A stretch of DNA of 64,000 nt, from assembly GCA_963810095.1 (NCBI GenBank), contig CAWEMM010000012.1, forward strand, positions 480,001 through 544,000, written 5' to 3'. Positions within the stretch are counted from its first letter, which is position 1. Each line of letters begins with the position of its first letter. Below the pieces are notes generated by a model, which worked only from the letters and a program-made list of their open reading frames with translations, ran no database searches and was not told the DNA's origin. This document shows, piece by piece, positions 32,644-42,991 of this stretch. The stretch is from an uncultured Chloroflexia bacterium. GTDB lineage: Bacteria; Chloroflexota; Anaerolineae; CG2-30-64-16. The position numbers and the translations under genes were made by a program.

Positions 32644-32739
32644 TGACATATCAGATGATAGCAGGTTGCGCCGTCTTTGTCAATACCCCGCACGAAGCGG
32701 CTATTACCTATTGCCAACTGATATATTACCTGCTATACT
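32644..32739 (+). promoter_or_regulatory. gntR promoter with putative operator palindromes
   Basis: TTGCCA (32711-16), 17-nt spacer, TG-C-TATACT (-10 at 32734-39). TGACATATCA (32644-53) and TGATATATTA (32719-28) are each one mismatch from the palindrome TGATATATCA. TATCA-GA-TGATA at 32649-60. Confidence 0.6.
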
Positions 32740-32801
32740 TCGAACATCAGGTGACATCGGGCCAGGTACTTGGCGTTTGCCCGAAACCCAAGGAGCCAGA
32801 C

Positions 32802-33476
32802 ATGCAACCCGTCAACGATGACGTTACCCTGCGACATCGCATCTACAAGCAGCTGCGGCGAGCCATTATCATGGGCCGCCGCGCGCCCGGCGAGCGCCTC
32901 AGCGTCGAGGAGCTGTGCAGCACCTACGACAGCGGGATCAGCCCGGTTCGTGATGCGCTGCAAATGCTGGGGCAGGAGGGGCTCGTCACCATCAAACCGC
33001 GCTCGGGGTACTTCGTCACCAGCGTCACCCTTAAAGAACTGCGTGACATGCTCGAGGTGCGCGAGATCCTCGAAGTGGCCGTGGTCGAGCGAGCGGCGCT
33101 GCGCATTTCCGACGCCGAGTTGGACGGCCTCGCGAACGTGCATGCGGGTTACACGGGCGACGACGACGAGTCATACGATCGTTACACGGACGAAAACCGC
33201 CAGTTCCACTTCATCCTGGCGCAGGCTTCTGGGAATGCGGAACTGGCCGACATGCTCGGGCGGCTGCACGACCGGCTCGCCCGCTTCATGGTGCTGCGCC
33301 ACGCGGGCGGCACCCAGCACGAGACTCACGCCGCGATCATCGCCGCACTCCGCGCCCGCGACGTCGCCGCGGCCCGCCACGCCATGCTTGCCGAGGTGAC
33401 TGGATCGAGGCAGACGATCCTGGACCGCGTAATGCAAGGCGAAGGCGCCTCCTGGCAGATCACCGCTCTAAAGTAG
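32802..33476 (+). CDS. GntR-family (FCD domain) transcriptional regulator
   Basis: wHTH (PGERL...SPVRDAL...GLV) and FCD motif FHFILAQASGN. AAGGAG RBS. Confidence 0.92.
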   Translation: MQPVNDDVTLRHRIYKQLRRAIIMGRRAPGERLSVEELCSTYDSGISPVRDALQMLGQEGLVTIKPRSGYFVTSVTLKELRDMLEVREILEVAVVERAALRISDAELDGLANVHAGYTGDDDESYDRYTDENRQFHFILAQASGNAELADMLGRLHDRLARFMVLRHAGGTQHETHAAIIAALRARDVAAARHAMLAEVTGSRQTILDRVMQGEGASWQITALK

Positions 33477-33597
33477 ACCGTTTGCAGAACGGCACCGCAT
33501 TCCGGCAATCCTCTTACACGAAGAACCAGAAAACACGAAGGTCCACGAAGACTTCTTGAAGACGCTTGGTGGGCCTTCGGTCCTTGGGTTCTTCCGC

Positions 33598-34578
33598 TTA
33601 CCGAGCCTCCACGCCAAACAACTGACGCAGGAACGCCACCTGGCGCAGGCGCTGGTACGCTGCGCCCCCTTCGTGGTTGTTGAACTCGTAGATCTCGATC
33701 TCCTTCGGGCCCGCATAGGCGTTGTAGGCCGCATATACGGTCGAGGGCGGGCAGATGTCGTCCATCAGACCGACGGAGAACAGCGCGGGCGCCGGCGCGC
33801 GGCGGGCGAAGTTGACGCCGTCGAAGTACGAGAGCGTGCGGAACGCCGCCGCGACCCGGTCCCGGTGCGTCTTCAAGTACCTGGTGATCTCACTGTAGGG
33901 CATCGTGTCGATCAACTGCGTCGCGCGCCGGTAGTGGCACAGGAAAGGCACGTCGGGCATCGCCGCGGCGACAAGGTCGGGCGCGAGCCCTGCCGCGGCC
34001 AGCGTGATCCCACCGCCCTGGCTGCCCCCGGTGACCACGACCCGCGTACCGTCCACCAGCGGGTGGCTCGCCGCGGCCTCGAGCGCGCGCACCGCATCGG
34101 TAAACACCCGGCGGTAGTAATAGGTCTGCGGGTCGAGGATGCCCCGGGTCATAAAGCCGGGATAGGACGGGTCCGAGCCGTCGGGGTCGGGGGTGTCGCC
34201 CTGCTGCCATGCGCTGCCCTGCCCGCGCGTGTCCATCACGAAGTGCGCGTACCCCAGGCTGGGCCAGTCGATCCAATTGATCGGGAACCCCCGGCCGCCC
34301 CCATACCCAATGTACTGGACGATGCACGGCAAGGGCTCGGCCGCGCCCTTGGGGGCCAGGAACCAGCCTTTGATCGGCTGGCCCGCGTAGCCCGCAAAAG
34401 TCACGTCGTACACGTCGAGCGTGCGAAAGCCTGCCTCGACGGGGGCAAAGGCGGCCGCGAGGGGATGGCGCCGGGTGCTTGCGAGTGTGTCGCGCCAGAA
34501 CGCGTCGAAGTCGTCCGGTTCCTGGCGCGCAGGGTGATAGCTTTCGAGTTCTTCCAGGGGCATGTCGATGAAGGCCAC
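33598..34578 (-). CDS. Acetylxylan esterase / cephalosporin-C deacetylase (CE7)
   Basis: DTRGQG, GGSQGG nucleophile motif, DDICPPST and HE. GTG start with AAGGAG RBS. Confidence 0.92.
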   Translation of the reverse strand: MAFIDMPLEELESYHPARQEPDDFDAFWRDTLASTRRHPLAAAFAPVEAGFRTLDVYDVTFAGYAGQPIKGWFLAPKGAAEPLPCIVQYIGYGGGRGFPINWIDWPSLGYAHFVMDTRGQGSAWQQGDTPDPDGSDPSYPGFMTRGILDPQTYYYRRVFTDAVRALEAAASHPLVDGTRVVVTGGSQGGGITLAAAGLAPDLVAAAMPDVPFLCHYRRATQLIDTMPYSEITRYLKTHRDRVAAAFRTLSYFDGVNFARRAPAPALFSVGLMDDICPPSTVYAAYNAYAGPKEIEIYEFNNHEGGAAYQRLRQVAFLRQLFGVEAR

Positions 34579-34672
34579 GCTGAACTCCTTATGTAAGCTT
34601 GGCTGGCGACAAAGGTGCGCAGGGGGGAGAGTGCGCCCGGGCAACTTCGCACCTTTGTGCCCTTGTGGTTGA

Positions 34673-35662
34673 TCAGTCTCCCACGTAGGACCGCAGCAGC
34701 GTCGCGCCGCGCGGGCTGGTGACCGTAAACTCTCCGAGTGCGGCCGGCAGCAGGACGAACCCGATCGCGTCGAGGGGCACGCCTCCGACCACCGCCCCAC
34801 CCCGGACGACACCCCAGATTTCGAGAGTCGAGCCGTCGCATTTGCCCTGGTAGACCGCGCCTGCGTCCAGTTCAACCCGTTCCGTGATGAAGTAGTGATT
34901 GCGACAGAGCAACCGGCGCGTCCAACCCTCGCCCTGCTCGACCAGCCGGGGCGGGGTGCCGCCGGCATCGACGGCCGCGAAGTCGATCACGTCGAGCGCC
35001 TTCTCGATGTGCAGCGGCCGGGGCTTGCCGTCGGCACCCGAGCGATTCCAGTCAAAGACCCGATACGTGGTATTCGAGTTCTGCTGAATCTCTGCGATGA
35101 TCAGCCCGCCCAGGATCGCGTGTAGCGTGCCGGCAGGGACACAGAAATGATCGCCGGCTTGCACCTTGATGCGCTGCAGATAGGGCTCGGGCTGGCCCCG
35201 CAAGAGCGCTTCATGCAGCGCTTCCCGGCTGGTGCCCGCCCGCACGCCCAGAATCAGCTCGGCGCCGGGCTGCGCCTCGAGCACGACCCACATTTCGGTC
35301 TTGCCGAGTTCGTTGCCCTCGTGCGCCAACGCATAGTCGTCGTCGGGGTGCACCTGGACCGACAACGGCTCCGCGGCGTCAAGCAGCTTGATCAGGAGCG
35401 GGAACTTGCCGCGGGCCTCGGCCCAGGCGTTCCGGGTTCCGACCAGGTCCAGCCCCAGCTCGGCCTGGACTTGTGTCAAAAGCTGCCCGGCATAGGGTCC
35501 GTTGGCAACGACCGTGGTGCCATCCTCGTGGCCCGCAATCTCCCAACTCTCCGCGACGACCCCCTCCGCCGGGAGCTTACGCCCCAGCCGGGCCAGGTTG
35601 CGCCCACCCCACAAGTATTCCTTCAAAACAGGCTCGAACAACATCGGATACAGCTTACGCAC
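34673..35662 (-). CDS. manA: Mannose-6-phosphate isomerase, type I
   Basis: [35 protein letters not shown] and [11 protein letters not shown]. Confidence 0.92.
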   Translation of the reverse strand: MRKLYPMLFEPVLKEYLWGGRNLARLGRKLPAEGVVAESWEIAGHEDGTTVVANGPYAGQLLTQVQAELGLDLVGTRNAWAEARGKFPLLIKLLDAAEPLSVQVHPDDDYALAHEGNELGKTEMWVVLEAQPGAELILGVRAGTSREALHEALLRGQPEPYLQRIKVQAGDHFCVPAGTLHAILGGLIIAEIQQNSNTTYRVFDWNRSGADGKPRPLHIEKALDVIDFAAVDAGGTPPRLVEQGEGWTRRLLCRNHYFITERVELDAGAVYQGKCDGSTLEIWGVVRGGAVVGGVPLDAIGFVLLPAALGEFTVTSPRGATLLRSYVGD

Positions 35663-35810
35663 GCACCTCTCCCATCGACGCCGCGCAACAGCCGGCGACG
35701 CCTCTGTTTACCACAAAGGCAGGCAGATACAAAGTCGCGCAAGGGCTGGCTTGGGAATCGCCGAGCCACTATGCCCCCCTTGACGGAAGCACAAGCGACA
35801 GCCGGCGGCC

Positions 35811-36990
35811 CTAGCCGGCCTGGTAAGCCCGGTTCCTCCGGATCAATTCCAGGCGCGTTTGCACGCTGGCCGCGCTGCGCAGGCCGTCTTCCGGCGTATT
35901 GAGCACGTAATCGAGCAGTTGGTCGATGGTCGACGTGGCCACGTGGATACGGGTGTCGGACGAAGCGTAGTAGATATGGACCCGGCCATCAGCGCCCGCG
36001 ACCCAGCCGTTCGAGAAGAGCACGTTGGAGACGTCGCCGATCCGCTCCTCGCCCTGGGGCGCCATGAAGTAGCCTGCGGGCCGGTGCGTCACCCGCCAGG
36101 GCTCCTCGAGATCGCTCAGGTACAGGTAGAGCACGTAGCGCAGGCCCGCGGCCGTGCCGCGCACGCCGTGCGCGAGGTGCAGCCAGCCGCGGGGAGTCCG
36201 GATGGGCGCCGGACCCTCGCCGTTCTTGGACTCCTTGATCGTGTGGTATGCGCGCGGCTCGATCACGATCTCCGAGTCGACGACGGCCGGATCCATCGAA
36301 TCAGACAGACCCCAGCCGATGCCGCCGCCGCTGCCCGCCTGGATGAAGTCGTCCTGCGGCCGGGTGTAGAAGGCGTATTTGCCTGCCACGAACTCGGGAT
36401 GCAGGACGACGTTGCGCTGTTGAGGCGACTGCGTCTGCAAGTCAGGCAAGCGCTCCCATGTGCGTAGATCGCGGGTGCGCGGCAATGCCCGCCTGTGCGG
36501 TGGCCGCGCTCAGGTCGGGGTTGGTCCTGTCCTTCCGCTCGGTGCAGAAGATGCCGTAGATCCACCCGTCTTCGTGCCTGACCACTCGCATATCGTAGAC
36601 ATTGGTGTCGGGTTCGTCCACTTCGGGCATGACGAGGGGCTCATCCCAGAAGCGAAAGCCGCCGATGCCATCCGCGCTCTCGGCCACGGCAAAGAAGGAT
36701 TTGCGGTCCCACCCTTCGACGCGGCAGAGCAGGCAGATCCTGCCCTCCAACTCGATCGCGCCCGGGTTGAAAACCCCGTTGATGCCCTGCCGCTGCATGA
36801 AGAACGGGTTGCTGTGCGGGTCGAAGTCATAGCGCCAGGCCAATGGGGTATGCTGGTCCGTCAGCACGGGATAGCGATAGCGGGTGTATATGCCATTGTC
36901 ATCCCCCACCAGAGGTTCGTTTGCGCGGGCGAGCAGCGTCGCGTGTTCACGGGTCAGCCGCTCGACCCGGCTGTCGAAAGTGTCGTTCAT
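35811..36990 (-). CDS. 4-O-beta-D-mannosyl-D-glucose phosphorylase (GH130), frameshift near 36480
   Basis: [50 protein letters not shown] and [11 protein letters not shown]. Confidence 0.9.
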
Positions 36991-37050
36991 GGCGATCTTC
37001 CTATGATGGTTGAAGCCCGCGATCCGCTCGCGGGTCTGTGACGCCGGCGC

Positions 37051-38245
37051 CTATGGCAGCCGAGCGAGCATCTCCAGGCAGGCCCGGCTGTTGTGGTAGG
37101 GACACTCCCAGGGACCGGCCTTGGGCTGGCTCAGATCGGGTGTGCCGTCGGGCCCGACGATCTTGTACCACTCGCCGTAACGCCCGTCGACGAAGTAGCC
37201 CCCGATCAACTCCCACAGGCGCAGCGCGGCGCGCTCAAAGCGCCGGTCTCCGGAAAGCTGGTACGCATTGTAGAAGCCCACCAGCCCTTCGGCCTGCGGC
37301 CACCAGTGGCGGGCAGGATCGCGGTGCTCGCCCGCCTGGTAGATCACGAAGCCCGCGTCGTCCAGGCCGGTCTCGAGCACACGCTCGGCCATTCTGACGG
37401 CCAGCGTGCGCGCCCGGGTCAGTAGATCGCTCCGGCCGGCGACCTCGGCCGCTTCAACCAGGAGCCAGCTGCCTTCGATGTCATGGCCAGGCGAAACGTG
37501 ATCCGGCAGGGGCCGCCAGTCGGGTTCGAAGAAGAGGCGCATGCGCGCCGCTTCGCCGTCGACGATGCGGGTCAGAAACAGGTCGATCAGGCGGTCATGC
37601 CGCTCCTGCAGGAGCGGGTGACTGGTCACGCGCCGCAAGGCGGTATACGCCTCCATCAGGTGCAGCAACGTATTCATCGTCTTGGCCGCGAGCGGCTCTT
37701 TGTCGCTCAGCCGCATGTCGGCAAGCGGCGCCCAATTGCGGGCGCGGCACTCGAGGTTCCCGCCGTGAACCGGGTCGTACGTGTGCCTTTCGACGAGTTC
37801 CAGCAGCTCGAGCGCCCAGTCTATGGCCGGCTGACCACCGCCGGCCCGCGGCATATTCGGCCAAGCCGTAAATGGTAAACGCCTGGGCGTACACATGCTT
37901 CCGGTCGTTGACGGGCCGGCCCCCGGCGTCGACGCCCCAATAGACCCCGCCGTGTTCTGCGTCAAGGAACGCGGCACGCAGGTAGTCGTAAGCGCGGCGG
38001 GCCATCTCCTTATACGTGGGGTCGCCGTAAGCCCGGTAGGCTGCCGCGAAGGTCCAGAGGATACGAGCGTTGAGGACGGCCGTCCGTTCGACATCATTGC
38101 GCACGGCCAGGTCATTGTCGACCCGGCCGTAGAACCCGCCGGACTCCCGGTCGACCACGTGCTCCATCCAGAACGGCAGGATGTTGCGCCGCAGCTCTGC
38201 TTCGATGCTTACGCGGAGATCATTGCTTACGCGGAGCTCACTCAT
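37051..38245 (-). CDS. Cellobiose 2-epimerase (AGE family), frameshift near 37850
   Basis: ILPFW, LNARILWTF, KTMNTLLHLMEAY, GHDIEGSWL, WWPQAE and WECPYHNSR. Confidence 0.9.
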
Positions 38246-38298
38246 ATCTGAAATCTACCCCTGGATACTCGTGTAGGGGCGCCGGCCGCCCTGCCCGA

Positions 38299-39271
38299 TC
38301 ACATCGCATTCTGCTTCACGAAGTCGATGATCTCGTCCACATAGCCGAACGCGAGCCCGGTGACCGTGTCCGCTGCGCCGTAGTAGATCGCGATGCGTCC
38401 CGTGTCGCCGTCGACCAGGGCCGCGCAAGGGAACGTGACGTTCGGCACGTCGCCCACGCACTCGTACGGCATCTGCGGCGACATCAGGTAGGGTGCGCTC
38501 CGGTAGATGACTTTCCATGGCTGGTCAAGGTCGAGCAGCGCCGCGCCGTAGCTGTAGACATAGCCGTTGCACGAGGTGAGGACGCCGTGGTAGATGAGGA
38601 GCCACCCCTCGCTCGTCTCGATGGGCGTCGGGCCAGCGCCGGTCTTGGTCGACTGCCAGCCGCCCGCCGGACCCATCACCCAGCGGTGCTTGCCCCAATA
38701 CGTCATGTCCGGGCTTTCGCTGTAGAAGATATCGCCGAAGGGCGTGTGGCCCGTGTCACTCGGCCGGCTGAGCATGGCGTAATGGCCGCCAATCTTGCCG
38801 GGGAACAGCACGCCGTTTCGGTTGTAGGGCAGGAAGGCGTTTTCGAGCTGGGTGAAGTGGACGAAATCCGTCGTATAGCCCATCCCGATCGTGGGACCGT
38901 GGTAGCCGTTGCACCACGTCAGGTAGTACCTGTCTTCGATCCGGCACACCCGCGGGTCGTACCGGTATACCCGTTGCGTGACCTCCGGATCGCCTCGAAA
39001 CTCGATCGGCTTCGGCTCGATGCGCCAGTGAATGCCGTCTTCGCTGCGGCCGGCGTGGATGTTCATCTCGCGGCGGGTGTCGTCGACCCTGAACACCCCG
39101 GCATACATGCCGTCAAACGGGACGACGGCGCTGTTGAAGATGCTGTTGGAAGTCGGGCGTGGCGTGGCGGTCGATGATCGGATTCGCCGAGTAGCGCCAC
39201 AGGGTGCTGCTCGTGCCGGCGGGGCGCTCTTCCCACGGCATTGACGGCAGGGACAAGGCATTGACCAGCAT
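38299..39271 (-). CDS. Beta-1,4-mannooligosaccharide phosphorylase (GH130), frameshift near 39160
   Basis: PWEERP...WRYSANPII in one frame, then [38 protein letters not shown] and GDVPNVTFP. Confidence 0.9.
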
Positions 39272-39304
39272 AGGGGGACGCTTCCTCTCGTGGAGTTTCG
39301 ACGG

Positions 39305-39313
39305 ATTATAGCA
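39305..39313 (-). promoter_or_regulatory. Extended -10 promoter (TGCTATAAT) of the mannan operon
   Basis: Minus strand TG-C-TATAAT about 35 nt upstream of ATG 39271. Confidence 0.55.
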
Positions 39314-39543
39314 CCAGTGGAACTTCCTACGCTTGGCGGGAGTTCTTTATCGACTGACGTGGCCAACTGCCAACAGTTCGCTGCATCGGCGCCGCCAGGT
39401 CAGGAATTGGCCAACCTGATACTAATGTATGAGTACATCTGGGGCTATTGCATGTTGTGTTGAGCCCCATCATGCAGGATAATAGTACGGCAATTAAAGA
39501 GATTGTATTGAAATAAATAGTAAGAAGAGATGACGACAGGCGG

Positions 39544-39724
39544 CCGTGACCACGTCGGTTACGGTGTCACTGGTTCTTTGGCATGGACATCGATCCGCAC
39601 CGGCACACCAGCTGCGTGCGTGCTCGGTCCCTATCGTGTCTGCTCATGTGAGCCGGCGCGGCCAGCTACGATGGGCCACGTTAGGTGGCCCCTGCACGAG
39701 TGGCAGGAGAACCAGTGGTCGCCG
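39544..39724 (+). ncRNA. Candidate structured cis-regulatory RNA in the leader of the glycan operon
   Basis: A 10-bp closing stem (CACTGGTTCT 39568-77 / AGAACCAGTG 39708-17) encloses 4-5 hairpins. No convincing ORF; family not recognised. Confidence 0.45.
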
Positions 39725-39822
39725 CGCCCGGTATGAGTGTGTAGTGATCTAGACCAATTGAACACGCTCCCATCTGGCCCGGGCCGGCGGCCTCTCTTCG
39801 CGATCTACAGAAGGAGTGACCG

Positions 39823-40671
39823 ATGAAATACCAGCCCGGCCAGCGCAAGGCTACGATTAGCCTTATTATTCCGGCCAAGAACGAAGCAAAGAACCTTCCG
39901 CACGTCCTGCCCCTGATTCCGGGGGAAGTGGACGAGGTGATCCTGGTCGACGGCAACTCGACTGACGGCACCGTGGACGTGGCGCGCGCCCTCCGTCCAG
40001 ACGTCCGGGTTGTCCAGCAGACAGGCAAGGGCAAGGGCAACGCGCTCCGTGCAGGTTTTGCGGCTGCGCGTGGCGACATCATCGTGATGATCGATGCCGA
40101 CGGCTCGACTGACCCGCGCGAAATCCCCGTATTCATCAGCACGCTGATGGCAGGCGCAGATTTCGTCAAGGGCTCCCGTTTCATGCAGGGCGGGGGTTCG
40201 GCTGACATTACCTCGCTGCGCAAGCTGGGCAACTGGGGCCTCACGACCTTGGTGAAGCTGATGTACGGCGGCAACTTCTCGGATCTCGCTTACGGCTACG
40301 CAGCGTTTTGGCGCCACATCGTGCCCGCGCTGGAGCTTGACGGCGACGGCTTCGAGATCGAGACGATGATGAACGTGCGAGTGCTGCGTTCGGGCGCCCG
40401 GGTGGCCGAGGTGCCGAGCTTCGAGGCAGAGCGCATCCACGGTGAGAGCAATCTGAACACGTTCCGCGACGGCTGGCGCGTGCTCAAGACCATCATGCGG
40501 GAATGGGTGCGGCCTCAAAAGCTGGTTGAGCCCCAGCAGCGCCAGGTGACGCGCCTTGACGAGGAGCTGCGGCCTGCGCCCCTGCCTCAACTGAGCCAGG
40601 TGGGCCACCGGGTCGGCTTCCAGCGCGATCCTTCCCTGGCGCCCGCGTGCCGAAGCTCTGGCGGAGCCTGA
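39823..40671 (+). CDS. GT2, DPM1-like polyprenol-phosphate glycosyltransferase
   Basis: IIPAKNE, VDGNSTDGT, GKGNA, DADGS, VKGSRF, FEIE and GESNL. AAGGAG RBS. Confidence 0.9.
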   Translation: MKYQPGQRKATISLIIPAKNEAKNLPHVLPLIPGEVDEVILVDGNSTDGTVDVARALRPDVRVVQQTGKGKGNALRAGFAAARGDIIVMIDADGSTDPREIPVFISTLMAGADFVKGSRFMQGGGSADITSLRKLGNWGLTTLVKLMYGGNFSDLAYGYAAFWRHIVPALELDGDGFEIETMMNVRVLRSGARVAEVPSFEAERIHGESNLNTFRDGWRVLKTIMREWVRPQKLVEPQQRQVTRLDEELRPAPLPQLSQVGHRVGFQRDPSLAPACRSSGGA

Positions 40672-40680
40672 GCGGCTGCG

Positions 40681-41876
40681 ATGACCGGGCCCGGCGTACT
40701 GGCGGTGGAGGAACGAGAAGCAGCCCCTCTTGCCGCCTTCGGCGAGGGCCGTCCGAGCGCGAGCCCGGACGGCAGCGCCGGTCAGGACCGGCGCTGCCGC
40801 GGTGTCAGTTGTCGTCTGTGCCTACACGTTGGACAGGTGGGACGATCTTGTCGGCGCAGTGAATTCGCTGCGCCGGCAGTCTCGGCCCCCGGCCGAGATC
40901 ATCGTCGTCAGCGATCACAACCCCCTCCTGTTCGAACGTGCAAGCGCTGCGTGGCCCGACATCACCGTGCTGGAAAACGACGAGCGCCAGGGCCTTTCTG
41001 GCGCAAGGAATACCGGCGTACGGGCGGCCACGGGCGCGATTGTCGCCTTCCTGGACGACGACGCGGCGGCCGAGCCGGAGTGGCTCAGCCGTGTCCTCGC
41101 CGTCTACGCAGGACCCCCAGGTGCTTGGCGTCGGCGGAGCGATTCTGCCCGACTGGGACACGGAGCGGCCGGCCTGGTTCCCCGAGGAATTCGACTGGGT
41201 GGTCGGCTGCACCTACAAGGGCATGCCGCACACCAGGGCGCGCCAGCGCAATCTCATCGGCGCGAACATGTCTTTCCGCCGCATGCTCTTCGAGGCGGCG
41301 GGAGACTTCCAAACCGACATGGGACGCATCGGCACCCGGCCGCTGGGCTGCGAGGAGACCGAGCTGTGCATTCGTGGGACGCAGCGGTTGCCCGACATGT
41401 ATTATGTCTATGAGCCGCTCGCCCGGGTGCATCACCGTGTGCCAGCCAGCCGCACGACCTGGCGCTACTTCGTCTCGCGCTGCTACTCCGAGGGGCTCTC
41501 GAAGGCGCAGGTGTCGGACCGCGTCGGCCAGGACGCGGGCCTGTCTTCCGAGCGAAGCTACGCGGCGAAGACGTTGCCCGCGGGCGTTCTGCACGGGCTT
41601 GCCGATGGGCTGCGGCGCGGGAAGCCGGGCGGCTTCGGGCGTGCGGCCGCGATTGCGGCCGGCCTGGTCATCACGGGCTTGGGTTACGCCAGGGGCCGGT
41701 TGGCCCGCCGCGCGCCACAAGATCTCGGCTCGGCCGGGGAGACCGCGACGCGCACGAAGACGCGGCGGAGGCGTCTTGAGAATCCTGCAGTTGACGCCGG
41801 GTTACTACCCGGTCATCGGCGGGGTGGAACGCCACGTCCAAGCCCTCGCCGAGCACATGGCGTCCCGCGGCCATGA
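40681..41876 (+). CDS. GT2 glycosyltransferase (frameshifted; boundaries approximate)
   Basis: VSVVVCAYTLDRW, GLSGARNTG and FLDDDA in one frame; EEFDWVVGC, IGANMSFR and GCEETE in the next. Confidence 0.82.
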
Positions 41877-42924
41877 GGTCACGGTGGCAGCGATGCAGCC
41901 GCGGGATCAAAACCTGCCGGACGAAATAGTGGGCGGCGTGACTGTGCGGCGGTTCGCCGCGCTGGGGCTGGGCGACGCGTACCGCGTGCCCCCCGGGGTG
42001 ACCCGCCTGCTCGCCGACGCCCGGAACCATTGGGATGTGGTTCACGTTCACAATTATCACGCTGCGCTCATCCCGCTGGCAGCGTTGTCAGGTGCAAGAC
42101 CGCTCGTGGTGACGACGCACTTGAACGACACGCCGCACAGCGGCGCGGCCAGGCTGCTGCACGTCCCTTACGGATTGATCGGCGGTTGGGCCGTGCGCCA
42201 GGCGCAAGCGGTGATCTGTGTGACGCAGGCCGAGTTGGAGCGAGTGCGGCAACGCCTGGGAGTCGCGCCCGAACGAAGCATCGTGATCCCGAACGGCGTC
42301 AGCGACAGTGTGGTTTCGGCAAGGGCCGGAGCGGCAGAACGTGACGGGCACCTGCTGTTGTCCGTGAGCCGGCTCCAGCCGTACAAGCGGGTCGAGGATG
42401 CGCTGGGGATTCTCGCCGAGCTGGGCGCACCCTACCGGCTGGTGGTCGTAGGAGAGGGCCCGCACCGGGAGGCGCTCGAGGCGCGGGCCGCTGCGTTGGG
42501 CGTAGCGGACCGGGTCGACTTTGCCGGCAAGGCGCGCGACGAAGAGCTTGTCGGTTGGTACCGGCGTGCGGGCATCGTGTTGAGCTTGTCTGAGGCTGAA
42601 GCATTCGGCATGACCGTCCTCGAAGGCGTCGCTGCCGGATGCCAGGTCGTCTGCAACGACATCCCGGCCTTTCGGGACCTCGCCGCCTACTTCCCCAGCC
42701 ACGTTCGAGTGGTCAGCGGGAGGGATATGACAGCGGGCGCTGCGGCGGTGCGGGCGGCAGCTCGTGAGATACACCGGCCAGCGGCCGATGTCAGTGCGTT
42801 CACGTGGGACGCGATCACCGACCGTGTACTGGACGTATATCGCCGGGTGACCGGCGCGGTGCAGGCAATCAACGAGCAGCATCCGCTGGATGCTGATGGA
42901 CAACACTTGATGGCAGAAGGCTGA
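41776..42924 (+). CDS. GT4 glycosyltransferase
   Basis: TTG start after GGAGG. YYPVIGGVE, VIPNG, SRLQPYKR and EAFGMTVLE. Confidence 0.88.
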   Translation: MRILQLTPGYYPVIGGVERHVQALAEHMASRGHEVTVAAMQPRDQNLPDEIVGGVTVRRFAALGLGDAYRVPPGVTRLLADARNHWDVVHVHNYHAALIPLAALSGARPLVVTTHLNDTPHSGAARLLHVPYGLIGGWAVRQAQAVICVTQAELERVRQRLGVAPERSIVIPNGVSDSVVSARAGAAERDGHLLLSVSRLQPYKRVEDALGILAELGAPYRLVVVGEGPHREALEARAAALGVADRVDFAGKARDEELVGWYRRAGIVLSLSEAEAFGMTVLEGVAAGCQVVCNDIPAFRDLAAYFPSHVRVVSGRDMTAGAAAVRAAAREIHRPAADVSAFTWDAITDRVLDVYRRVTGAVQAINEQHPLDADGQHLMAEG

Positions 42925-42991
42925 GCGGCGACGAGTAAGAGCCGGCGCCTGTAGGCGCCTCTCTGTCGCCGTTGGAATTGTGGTAAGTGTG

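Noticed and set aside
30719-32821. 700-aa plus-strand ORF and other long antisense ORFs (e.g. 24682..26220, 2735..4096, 5340..6641)
   Set aside because: Shadow frames opposite well-supported genes in high-GC DNA; Arg/Gly-rich with no recognisable motifs.
40681-42924. 747-aa fused ORF in the track
   Set aside because: The first half is an off-frame reading of the frameshifted GT2. The GT4 has its own RBS and TTG start at 41776.
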